From Octopus sinensis (lineage: Eukaryota), in assembly GCF_006345805.1 (NCBI RefSeq), contig NC_043000.1, positions 72,850,001 to 72,914,000 on the forward strand: DNA of 64,000 nt, given 5' to 3'. Shown here in pieces: positions 37,544 through 48,994 of this stretch. The notes beneath the pieces are model-generated. The model saw only the letters and a list, made by a program, of their open reading frames with translations. It was not told the DNA's origin and searched no databases. The position numbers and the translations under genes were made by a program. The stretch's first letter is position 1, and each line of letters begins with the position of its first letter.

Positions 37544-40500
37544 ATGTTTTTCATTTTGGCTTGTGTTAGAATGGTGAACTGTAACTGGCCAGAATACATT
37601 TAAATTGTGAGCCAAAAGAACTTCAAAAGTATGAAAGAATGTTACAAAGGGAGGGGAAGAAAATAAAAGTTACCCCTCCCAGTGAGATTACCCACAACAT
37701 GCTTCAGTGCTCAGTAATATACAAGTCTGTTTTAATGAAAACCAAAAAAGTGGACATTGCTTCAAAAGATATAGTTGAAAAGTGCTTGAGACCTGTTTGG
37801 CAGGACATGACGTTCATGACTAGGGGGTAGAAAATTCACCACAATAAAGATATGATTTAAATCAGAAGACAAAGTCAGGCAGTATTCAACAGAATCACTC
37901 AAGACATGCTTCCAAGATTACAGTGGGAGAGATTCCACCAGAGGTGGATGCTGCCTGGCTAGTGGCAGCCATTATGATGAGCTTGGAGGATGAAATATCT
38001 ATCTTCCAAGCCACAGTTATAGAGCAGCAGAATTGGCTGGGGTAGGGGCTTAAAATGCTGATTCAAGCAGCCCCTGCTGACCTGGAATAAATAATAGAAA
38101 CAATATAGGTGGGGGATAACGAGCTGCATGTAATAGTCAGGTGGGGGAAAGCTTCGCTGCTACAAATGTGGACAAAAAGGCTACATTAGATCCAAGTGCC
38201 AGCCTCCCCTAGAGAAAACATCAGTGCTCCCACCTCCCGAGAAAACACCAGATTCACCAAAGCCAACAGGGAAGTGGAAGTGAAAGTTGAAACTGCAGAG
38301 GAGGAGGAGATAATAGAGGACAAACCAGAAGGCAATGATTGAAAAATACAAACTTTGAGAAAAAAGAGAAAATCCAATACCCAACCCAACCCTACAAGTC
38401 TCATGCAAAAAAAAACTTGCTCAAGATACACAAACTCCCCAACCCCCATCATTTTCCAACCAACTAGACCTTAATTTTATTGCAGTTAACACTCAAAATT
38501 CCAGACTAATCTATAAAATAAAAAATGATTACCACAGCAGATGTGATTAATAATTATGAGGAAGACACCAAAAAATTTGAAAATTTTTACCATTGATGGG
38601 ATCATTTATAACATTCTAAAAAGTGAATTTAAACATGACACAGGCCCTCTGAAAAAGGATTTCTCTCCTCAGATCTTTGAGGACCTAGTCAAAGACACCT
38701 CGCAAGCCCTGGAATAATGGATTGAGATGGGGTGGCAATCCCATCACCAACTCCAGGTAAAACCACTACCTTTATGTCTACTCTCAATGTAGGATGTTTA
38801 GATGTACATGGCTTGGGGTCAGTCTCGAAGCAAGGTTGCTTCCTTGATGACCTCAGGTTGCATAGATTGGATGTAATAGTTGCCATGGAAACCAGACTGA
38901 GCGGACTGCGGGGCTTTTCCCCAATCCTAAACAGCTATGAGAAATTTATTTCTCAATGCCAATCTGGAGGAGGGAATGGTGTCGCAGTTCTGCTCAGGAA
39001 AAATCTATTTCCAGAGACACAAACAATCTTTATCGACCCAAAAGACTGGTTGGTTGTCCTTGATGTGACACTCAGCTGGTAGCTGTTTATGCTCCCCCAA
39101 AAGCTGGACAGTCTGACTATTTTAGAAGCCTAGAGAACTTTCTTGGTACGTCACACATTTTATTGTTGTTAGGAAACTCTAACACAATCTGTGATGCACG
39201 AGTAGATTGTGTTGGCTCAAACCCATTTAGGAAGGGAAACTAATACTTTAGCGATCTGCTCACTTGGCTTCAGCTGGCGGATCAATACAGACTAGAATTC
39301 CCAGATGCTCCATTGTGAACATGGACTAATAGCAATGGATCTTCTAGATCTTATTTAGTTAGAATAATAATTAGGTGCAAAGACAAAAACTAAGCTAGGT
39401 GTCTACATTGCCACTATATCAACTACAGTAATCACAAACTTGTGACCTATAAGTTTGACTTAGATAGGTTATGTAGACAGGGGTCCAGCTACTGGAAACT
39501 CAACAAGCCTCTTTTGGCTTATGAGGAGTACAGGAGTCAGATTAGACTGTTAGTAAAGAAGGCATTGACAGGAACCATCATAAATAACAAACGGTAGTAT
39601 GCCCTCAAAAGAACCATTAAGTTTGAGTCTTTTAGATATAGTAAGGAACTAGTTGCTAAGAAAAATAGAATAGAAAGGGCTTTACTTAAGTCTCTAGATG
39701 AGGCACAGACGTCTCGCTCTGCATCCCAAGTTTTAGCAGTGGGATTGGCTCTTAACCAAGACCTTGAGGCTAAACAGGAGGGATGCATAATCGGAGCAAA
39801 GCTACATGCAATGGGACAAGAGGGAGTCAAAACTGCTGGATGGGCCCATGTGGTAGATCCAACATGGCAATGATGCCACAATAATGCCTTTGATGGACCA
39901 ACAAGAGAATTTGGTAAACAAACCCGAGGAGATGTGTAAGGTCTTTCAAGAGCATTTCACACGGCTTTTCAGGCAAGGCGGTGGACTGGAGTGTAGGAGG
40001 GACTTCACAGACTTCCTCACTGGTTTTCCGAGTCTCTTGGGGCAGGAAGTGGAATGCTGTGGAAGGAGCTTTGTCAGATTGTGGTGGGGGCAAGTCACCA
40101 AGGCTTGATGGTCTTCTCTATGAGCTATATTGTATGTCAGACTTGTTTGGGCACCTACTGGCATGTGTCTTCACCAACTGGCAGCAGAATGGTTTATACC
40201 CAGATATGTGAGCCAGGTAGTGGTGGTACTGCTAAGAAAGGACCCAAACAAGGGAGGCTTAGTTGATAATTTCTGGCCTAGCACTCTGCTTAATGCAGAG
40301 CTGAAAATTTTGGCCAAGGTTGGCATGTGTCATGGGTAGACTCGTCGGAGAGGCACAAATGTGCCATACACAGCAATCTCCACGTTATATGCTATACCTT
40401 AGAGAGGGTGAATAAGATTCCTGGCAAGGGTGGGGCATTGGTCCATTTAGACCAAGCTAAAGCTTTTGATAGGGTTGAACATCGGTACCTGGTGTTGGTC

Positions 40501-42235
40501 CTTGTGACAGTCGGATTGGGCGCAATCTTCCATAGTTGGATCATTGCTTTATATAGCAACATTGATTTGATTGTTCGGGTGAACTGTTTCTTTTCTAAAC
40601 CATTCTGCATCAATCACTCAGTACATCCAAGGATGCCCTCTCTCCCCACTTCTGCATGTATTGGCACTTGAGCCTTTACTGCGGAAATTGGAGGGGATGA
40701 GGGGTGTCACAGATAACATCACCATCATCGTATCCAAGGTCGAACACCTACAGAGGGTAGGTGAAGCCATTAAGGATTCTGAGGTGGCGGAAGGAGAAAA
40801 AATTAACCATGGGAAGTCAGTTGGCTTGCAACTCAGCACCTGGGTTGGCAAGTTGATTCCTCTCAACAATGTCATCAAGTGTTGGACAGAGGGTCCGGTT
40901 AAAATACCAGGGGTTTGGTTTGGTCCAGACCTCTAGATAAAGGAGAATTGGAGCAAGGTAACAGGCAGAGTGACCCTCCCAACTCAGACTTGCTCTGAGT
41001 GGTGCCTATCTCTGGAAGGGAGGATGGAAGTTGCAAATGTGTTTATCGCATGTGATCACCTCCCACCTAACTGTCATGTCTTGCCCTGATTCATGGCTGA
41101 TCACGTTGGAACAACTGCTCTTCCACTTTTTGTGGAAGGGCAAAGGACATCTTTTAAGACTCTCTATCTGCTGCCAACACCCGCTAATGGGTGGGCTAGG
41201 GATGCCTTGGCCAATGATGCGCTGAGGCAGAGGCATCTTTGGCTCTACCTGGATGGTGAATGGATGTGGTCTCCGTTCGTCAAATTGATACTCCCTAGGT
41301 TCACTAGTTTTAGTGAACTTGAACCATGGATCAGGCATAGACCGAAGTTGGGAGTTTGGCAAGCCAAGTGCCATCAGGCAGTTGTGCTCCTCTCCCACAC
41401 GGGTAATGCTAGTGGCAGGGGTTCCACCTCATCATAATATAGAGGGTTGGTTGAGGCTAAGTGTGATGACGTTCTGGGGAAAACTTGCCAACCTGTTCCA
41501 AAGGACATTCAGGCCAGGGACCTTAGATAATTTCCAAAAGTCTCTAGCTTGGCAATGTTACCGAGGAGCCTTACCAGTTCGTGATAAACTCACAAGGCTT
41601 GGTCACTCTTGCTTGCCCACTTGCCCAAGATGCGTGCAGGACAGTGAAACTGTTCTGCATGCAATTGTGCAGTGTTCGGAAATGTGGGTTTATGCTAAAC
41701 AACTGCTGTCACGTTTAGGATCAGTACAACTGTCTTCCGAATCAATTATAAAGATTGTTCCACCTTTTTCCTTGAAAAAAGAAGGAAAGGTCTGTTTTCT
41801 CTCTGTGGTCACTATAGTGGAAGACTCGAATAAAAGGAGTAGTGACAGACAACTTCATCTCCAGCTTTGGTTTGGTGAAATTCTTTAGTTTCCATCTGAA
41901 AAGGAAAATAAGGCTGGAGAGGAGATGCCTGTCGCCTGATATATATGGCAAAAAATGGAAGAATGTGGCACAAATGTTGAGAATGAATGATTCTACATGA
42001 GCGTATTTCATAAAAGGTAACTAAAGGTTTCAGTGGTGGTACGGGGCTTGTGGGATCAAAGTCAAACCCATCCTCCACTCCATTGTATTGATCTTGTATT
42101 GTGTAATCATTTGAATTTATTGTCATTAATTTTTAATGATCAACTTTTTGTTATACCATCAGTCATTCAGACACCCTCCCCTCATTTGTACTGTCCCTTC
42201 TATGTTGGCCTCTGGTAGGCAATAAAGAACTATAT
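37544..42235 (+). mobile_element. L1/Tx1-like LINE, apparently full length, decayed (ORF1 + APE-RT-CCHC ORF2)
   Basis: TSD cttaattttggatgg (37529-37543) / cttaattttggacgg (42236-42250); decayed ORF1 knuckle; DVIVAMETR, SYWKLN, DQAKAFDRV, GGLGMP, CPRC..ETVLHAIVQC; AATAAA at 42221. Confidence 0.88.
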
Positions 42236-42979
42236 CTTAATTTTGGACGGTCCTGCATCTATTTTGTCAATTACATTTTTAATCATTCAATCATTCGACA
42301 TCTACCCACCAATAGGAGTTTATCATGTAGAACTTAACTGAATTTTACCACAAACATTGAACCCTAAAGAAGAAAATATTTTTTCGATTGAGCTGAATAT
42401 AGACTGTTCCTACAACCCTTTAATATTTTTTGAAATGGCAGTAGGTTTTTAACTGACTTTTACTCATCATGATATTTTGTATTCCCAAGTTTTATTTACA
42501 ATTTTTTAATCTCCTTTGAATACATCTGCACATGTATATACATTTCTTATGATCTTATGTCATCATTATATATACTCGAATAGAATGTCTTATGCATTTA
42601 CATTTTATTATTTGAATTATTTTAATATATACATATGTTTATTGATCCTAAAAGTATATGAATGGAACAATGTATCCCATCCAATCATATCTTATAAATC
42701 ACTGGAAGCATGATTTCCTTTATTTGGATATAAATTACTGACAACCAAAATTGTTATCTTCTACAAAAAATTTTATTACTCCTTAGCTCATAAACGAGCT
42801 CAAAATGCAGTTGTACTATACATGGAGTATCATCTTCACTAAAATTTTTTATTCCATATATATATATACTAATAGTATACGCACACACATTAATAGTATA
42901 TATAATAATAATAATAATAATAAAATGACAACAAAAGACTGAGACCTCGATATTAGGTAAATAGAGGAATTTATATATG

Positions 42980-43100
42980 TATAGTTTAGGACAATCAGTA
43001 AGTTGTCATAATAGGACTCTGAGTTTCAAACGCCAGAGCTAAGAGCAACGATGCATTCTCATCGGCTATTATGACAACTCCCTGATTGTCCTAAACTATA
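42980..43100 (-). ncRNA. Hammerhead ribozyme candidate with 34-bp helix I
   Basis: Minus: ..ataatag CCGATGA GAATGC..GCGTTT GAAA CTCAGAG TC ctattat..; arms 42981-43014 and 43066-43099 pair with 2 mismatches. Confidence 0.65.
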
Positions 43101-43130
43101 TATATATATACATACATATACATACAGATA

Positions 43131-43346
43131 TGAGGGGGTGCTGAAAAGTTTCTGGCTTTAAGGATATTGCAAAAGGCCTGGTTAGAGGCCCACCCTTCCA
43201 AGTTCTTTTACAGGACTTAGAAACACTGAAGGACCACTGCAATAAGTATGTGAATCTGAGAGAGGAATATGTTGAATGAAATCATAATTAACTGATTCTC
43301 CTGTATTTTCTTTTACCCAAAGTCAGGAACTTTTCATCACCCCTTG
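43131..43346 (+). mobile_element. Mariner-derived MITE (216 bp)
   Basis: TIRs tgagggggtgctgaaaagtttctggcttt / aaagtcaggaacttttcatcaccccttg, TA flanks, transposase end CNKYVNLREEYVE*. Confidence 0.88.
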
Positions 43347-43759
43347 TATATATATATATATATCAATAGTACACACACATACATCACATGTACAAATAAT
43401 CCTTGGATACTTTGGAATATGCTGAATGACAAACATCAGTGATATATCATTTCATCTTAGCCTTAACTGAACAGTTTGATTCAAATTGTGTGCTACTTAA
43501 AATTTCAAAACCCCTAACGAGGTTTGTCATTCAGTCAGTGAAATTCAAGTGACAATAGAAGTGCAGAAAGTCCGAGATAGCTATTGGTGGATTGGCAATA
43601 TTTGGTCAAGGAAAGTCATGTGATGTTACAGTTTTAATATTGGTAGTAGAGTGACAGAAGATCCTTGAGAAAAAGGCCTCCTGGTGAACAGGAAATGGGT
43701 GGGGCAATGCAACTGGATCTATAGTTAAAGTAGTAGACATATGAACTTGTATGCACATA

Positions 43760-45015
43760 CGAGGGGCGTTCAATAAGTAATGCCTCTGACCCACTTGCAG
43801 TTGTTTGCTCTAGCTGAAATTTTGCATGTGCAATTATCTATATCTCTATAGATTAAGTGGTAAATTACAGCTCTGAACTAATTGTGGTTTCTGATTTACA
43901 GGTGTTTGAACTGAGTCAAGTGTGACACGGAGCCTGTTGAGTGTCGAGCAGTGATGCGGTTTTTGTATTTGAAAGGACGCACACCGTGGGAGACTTTTGA
44001 TGAAATAAAAGTAACTTATGGTGATGATGCCCCATCATATGACCTTGTAAAACGCTGGCATCGTGAATTCAAACATGGTCGGAACTTTGTGGAAACAGCT
44101 CCCAGATCTGGTCGCCCCCTTCTGCCATTTTGGAAGATCGACGCATAACTATTCGCCAAATAGCCCATGAGGTCAAGATTAGTACCGGGTCTATGGAAAC
44201 TATCATTCATGACCATTTGCATATGTAAAAGGTGTCTGCCAGATGGATTCCCAAGTTGCTCACACCTTTCCAGAAGCAAGAACGCGTCGATTGCGCGAGG
44301 ATGAATTTGAAGATGTGCCAGGAAGATGAGTCAAATTTTTTCAAAAGACTGATTACACAGGATGAAACCTGGGTCCATCACTATGATCCAGAGACCAAAG
44401 CCCAGTCAATGCAGTGGAAGCACCGTGACTCACTTCCTCCAAAGAAGGCAAGGGTGCAGCCCTTTGCTGGCAAGGTCATGCTCACAGTCTTCTGGGACCA
44501 GGACGGAGTAGTGATGACAGATTTCCTGGCAAAGGGTGCCACAATTACAGGAGTCTATTATGCTTCACTTTTGAGGAAATTAAGAGAAGCTATCAAAATC
44601 AAGAGGCGGGGCAAGATCAGCAAAGGCATCCTCCTCCTGCAGGACAACGCTCCGATCCACAACTCGCGTGTCGCCAGATCAGAAGCACAAGCGTGTGGCT
44701 ATGAACTCATCCCCCATCCCCCAAACTCTCCTGACCTTGCACCCTCTGATTTTCACCTCTTCCCAGCCATGAAGTTGTTTTTGAAAGGAAAGTGTTTCCC
44801 AGATGATGCAGCCTTGATTTCTGAAGTCACGTCGTGGTTGGAGGACCAAGCTGGGGTCTTCTACAAAAACGGTCTTCAGAGCTGCATCAAACGATGGGGG
44901 AAATGCGTAACACTGGGTGGTTTCTATGTAGAAAAAGACTAATAACTGTGCCAAGTTTCGTTGCTCTACTGCTATGGGAAGTGGGTCAGGGGCATTACTT
45001 ATTGAACGCCCCTCG
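43760..45015 (+). mobile_element. Mariner transposon (DD34D), near full length, inactivated
   Basis: TIRs cgaggggcgttcaataagtaatgcc, TA TSD; ITQDETWVHHY, QDNAPIH, SPDLAPSDFHLF; frameshift/stop near 44130-44230. Confidence 0.96.
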
Positions 45016-45017
45016 TA

Positions 45018-45390
45018 TATGTGCACATATATGAATGCATGTATAAGATTGTGTGGATATAAGCATGTGTGCATGCAGATGTAAGCATGCATATGTGTGT
45101 GCATGTATGTGTGAGTGCGTATGTATAATGTATGTGTGTATGTATTTATATGTATGCATGTGTGTATATGAATGTGCATGTATGTATAAGATTGTGTAGA
45201 TATATACCTGTGCATGCATACAAATGTGTGTGTATATATGCATGCATATGTCTGTGTGTGTGCATGTATGTGTTTATGCAAATGCATGAGCACATACATA
45301 TGTCTGTGTGTGTATTTGTATGTATGCAGGTGTGTGTGTGTGTACATGCATATATGTATCTGTGTGCATGTATACTGGTGTGTGTGAGCA
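45018..45390. repeat. Degenerate (TG)/(TA)/(TGCA) low-complexity tract
   Basis: Seen directly. Confidence 0.9.
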
Positions 45391-45399
45391 TTTACAAAG

Positions 45400-47637
45400 T
45401 GTGTGGATTTGTGGGTGATCAGGCATACACAGGCATTGGGGGTTGGTTGTTATCAGCTCTGCTCATGGGGGTTGGTAACAGTGACCTTAGTGCAGCTGAT
45501 GCAGAAGAGCAGCTGCTACTAAGGTAGTGTATCCATGTCGGTAGTCAGTGGTTTGAAGTTCACCAGACGTGCATACCTCTGTTGACAGCAATAGGACAGA
45601 TTGTACTTCCTGTTGATGGATACTGCAGGTTGGTAGAGGACATGCAGTATTTTGCAGAGGCAGAGCTGGCAATTACGAGCACCAGGTGAATATGATGATA
45701 TCCTGTTAACAATAGTCCACTTGATGCTGGGTGTTTTATTGCAGAGGTCTTAAAGTCTCCAGAGAAAGTGCGACAAGGATGTAGAGTTCTCTATTTCTCT
45801 GCAGCTGAGCAAGTGCATTTGCTGTGAGTATCTTCCCTTGAAATTATTGGCTATCATAGTCTTATAGTGCCTAGTAGTGCCATCGGATGGTATGAGGATG
45901 GCTTTGTAGACTACATCCCTAGAGAGGCAGGATCTTCCTAGGGGGCAGATGTTGGGGTCTCAGAAGTTGCAGGTTTGAGTTAGGGGTTGTGAGAGTGCAT
46001 TTTTGCATATGTACATGCATGCAATATTGGATGCAATGTTGTCTAAGCAGGAGTAGCTCACCTTGACATTGTGAGGGTTAAAGAGCTTTTTAATAATTAT
46101 GGCCTCTGTGGAAATGCTTCTTAATTAATGACAAGAAGCCCCTGGCTACGTTGGTAAAAACTCCTAGGTTCAATGGGGTGGGGGTTGAACCAAATAATTT
46201 TTCTCTTCCTAATTCTTTTCTAATCCTCTTGGGGAGGGGGTTTGGGAGTCATCCACGTATGTGAGCTTCTCAGTGAACCCACTCCTAGCCAAAGCATCAT
46301 TGTAATGGGAGGCGACCTTTAACCCTTTCGTTACCAAACCGCCCGAAAAAAATTTTGGTTAATGTGACCAAGCCGCCCCAAACCGCCCGAATTTACCTAT
46401 TCATATTTAAATGAGAATATCAGAGTAAATCTCTTTAGTACATTCGTGAAAACACGTATTATACTTCGTAAACAGTTCAACTACAGTTTTGTACAAAAAT
46501 CGAAGTGTAATTTTAATTCCGTGAATTATGGGAGATTTTTTTCCGAAATTTGTTCCTATTGTGTTTTCAAAATTTGTAATTCTGACAAAAAATGGATACG
46601 AATTTCATTATATCAAGCAGCGAGTCAGAATTCGAAGGATTTTCTACTGAAGACATTCATAAATCTAACTCTATGACTGAAAAAAAAAAGCATGTGGTAT
46701 TTGATAATGAATCTGATGTTTCATTTTCCGAAAGTGAAAACAGTGAATCTGAGAGCTCCGACAGCGATAAAGAAAATGAATTGGCACCTGAATGGAGTGA
46801 AAATTTAAAAACTGTTTCTTTCGGTGATTTTTCTGAAGAAACTGGACCAAGCCACAGACTTTCCCAGAAGAGTAAAGCCTTAAACTATTTCTTTTTACTT
46901 TTTCGAATGAGCCTATTTGAAATCATTACGGCGGAAACGAACCATTACACTAAACGTAAACAAAGCGAAAGAAAGGATAGTTTGTTATTTCCCACAACCT
47001 TAAATGAAATTAAGGCCTATTTTGCCATAAATATTATTATGGGTATCAGAAAGTTACCCAGAATAACAAATTCTATCGTAAAATTTTGTTGTATACCCAA
47101 TTGAATATTAGCTAATAACCCATTTTCTATAGCGATGTTTGAACAAAACTTTAATAATTTTATATATTGTTGAATTTACCTGTATCTACCTGCAATTAGA
47201 GTCACTTTGTGACAAAAATTATAGTATAGAATTGGTTGAGAACATTTCATTAAATTATCTTCCAAAATTCACGTTAATATATTGATAAATAAAAAAGTTA
47301 CAGTTGTTTAATGAAACCAGACTAAATTTATGATTACGTTAGGAATTAATTGAAACACATAAGGGGTGTATTTTGGTCAGAAATATAGTAACGAAAGGGT
47401 TAAAGATATGCTTGTTGGCTTAATATCTGTCTGCTAATGCCTAAAACGAGGTTTCTAATTACAGCAGGGTGGTGGGGTGATTCGAGCTCTTGTGGATATA
47501 TACCATTTCCTCATTAGGCTTCTTGTAGGGGTAGTACTTACCTGTGTTCAAGTCTAAAGTTACATTCCAAAAACTGACCATGGTCATATTGGTGGTAACT
47601 ATTATGGACAGGCTGAGCTCTTTGAATAGTTTTATCA
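45400..47637 (-). mobile_element. Penelope-like remnant split by a piggyBac insertion
   Basis: LDLNTGKYYPYKKPN..SNHP (47404-47637); RKRKIIWFN, HNVKVSYSCLDNI, CPLGRSCLSRDVVYKA, NCQLCL (45600-46318). Confidence 0.75.
46323..47399 (+). mobile_element. Internally deleted piggyBac element
   Basis: TTAA TSD both sides, TIR ccctttcgttac/gtaacgaaaggg, subterminal accgccc repeats, ORF 46592-47104 = acidic N-terminus + TTLNEIKAYFAINIIMGI. Confidence 0.93.
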
Positions 47638-47695
47638 AGTCCTATATATATGTGTGTGTTGTACATATATATATATATATATGTGTGTGTGTGTA

Positions 47696-48277
47696 TGATT
47701 TTGATTTTTCCAGTTTCAGCTTATGAGCTGTGGCCATGCTGGGGCACCGCCATTTGGTGTTGCTACTTGGTTTCACTTCATGAAGGCTTTCTAGCAACTG
47801 CTATTTGGTGCATGAGAGAGTTCGATGCAGCTGCCCTCATCTGCCCCTCCTGCCGTGAAGTTGGTTCATCTGGGACACCTGACAGGAAGAGATCCAGCTT
47901 CATTTTAAAGACATCTGTATCCACCCCATGCAGGTCTCTCAGGTTCTTCGGGAGGATATTGAAGAGCTGTGGGCCTCGGAAGCCCAGGCTATCACAGAAT
48001 CTTGTCCTACATCTTGATGGCAAGTTTGGAGTCCTAGGCACCACGCAGTGGCGCCCAGTTCTGGCATTTGCGTAACTCTCGATGCCAAAGTTCAGGACAC
48101 TTCCCTCCAGGATCTTCCAGATGTATATTATGGCATATCTTTCCCGCCTACGCTCCAGGGAATATAATTTTAATTTCTTGAGTCTTTCCCAGTAGCTTAC
48201 ATTCTGCATAGAGGCTATCTTCTTCGTGTAGCTACGTTGGATCGCCTCGAGCTCTGTGATCAACTTGACACTGGATG

Positions 48278-48280
<3 letters not shown>
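47696..48280 (-). mobile_element. CR1-group LINE 3' fragment (same family as 55175-58388)
   Basis: ORF 47778-48263 nearly identical to 57736-58299; intact 3' UTR; sits in a TA tract. Confidence 0.92.
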
Positions 48281-48319
<39 letters not shown>

Positions 48320-48349
48320 TACATATATATAATTTATATATATGTGGGG

Positions 48350-48910
48350 GGGGTTGTCCAGAAAGTTTGTGCTAACTTTTAGTAGCTTACCTTTCAACTT
48401 ATTTTAGAACATGGTTGAGTTCATAAAATAGGATTTGACTATACCTCTGTTTAGAGCACAGTTTAAGGTATCTTCGTGGAAGAAGGTTCATGTTCCTATA
48501 ACCTGTGTTAATTCTGTAAACCTTTAAAATGGAAGATAAGAAAGTTCATTTTCAGCACTTGATGCTTTGGGAACCAGACAAAAATTGCTGCAGTTCGGCT
48601 GGGATGTGTTACCCCACCCTCCATATTCATCAAATATTGCTCCTTCAGATTTCCACTCTTAAGGTCGCTGCAGAATAGTCTTAATGGTAAAAATTTCAAT
48701 TCCTTGGATGATGTAAAAAGACACCTTGATGAATTCTTTGCCATGAAACCACCTTAGTTCTGGGAAGAGGGTATTTTCAAGTTAAAGGAAAGATGGAGAC
48801 GCATTGTGCAACAAAATGGTTCATATTTGGTTGATTAAAAATGTAATGGCAAGTATTTATTGACCTTTTTGTTTCCTTTAAAAATCAGCACGAACTTTCC
48901 AGACAACCTA
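48350..48910 (+). mobile_element. Internally deleted mariner
   Basis: TIRs ggttgtccagaaagtttgtgct / agcacgaactttccagacaacc; LRSLQNSLNGKNF..LKERWRRIVQQNGSYL. Confidence 0.85.
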
Positions 48911-48994
48911 ATATAATATACATACATATAATTTATATATATATAATTATATATATATATATATATAATTTATATATATATAATTAGATTAGAT

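Larger units (their letters stand above)
33721..42772 (-). mobile_element. Penelope-like element: RT/linker remnant (35951-37060) between ~980-bp inverted arms (33721-35950 and 37089-42772, each interrupted)
   Basis: GLSMDDGL, LDLKNGQYSPYHK, NHPHSVI, IFNKHCLKLSYSATPNL, CLLRGNCL; arms are reverse complements once the Tc1 and L1 inserts are removed. Confidence 0.8.

Noticed and set aside
42787-42860. Candidate terminal CRPPA exon after ccttag
   Set aside because: Translation LINELKMQLYYTW shows no resemblance to the ISPD C-terminus and runs into a TA repeat
46592-47104. Domesticated PGBD gene
   Set aside because: Lies between intact TIRs and TTAA TSDs and lacks the catalytic DDD region
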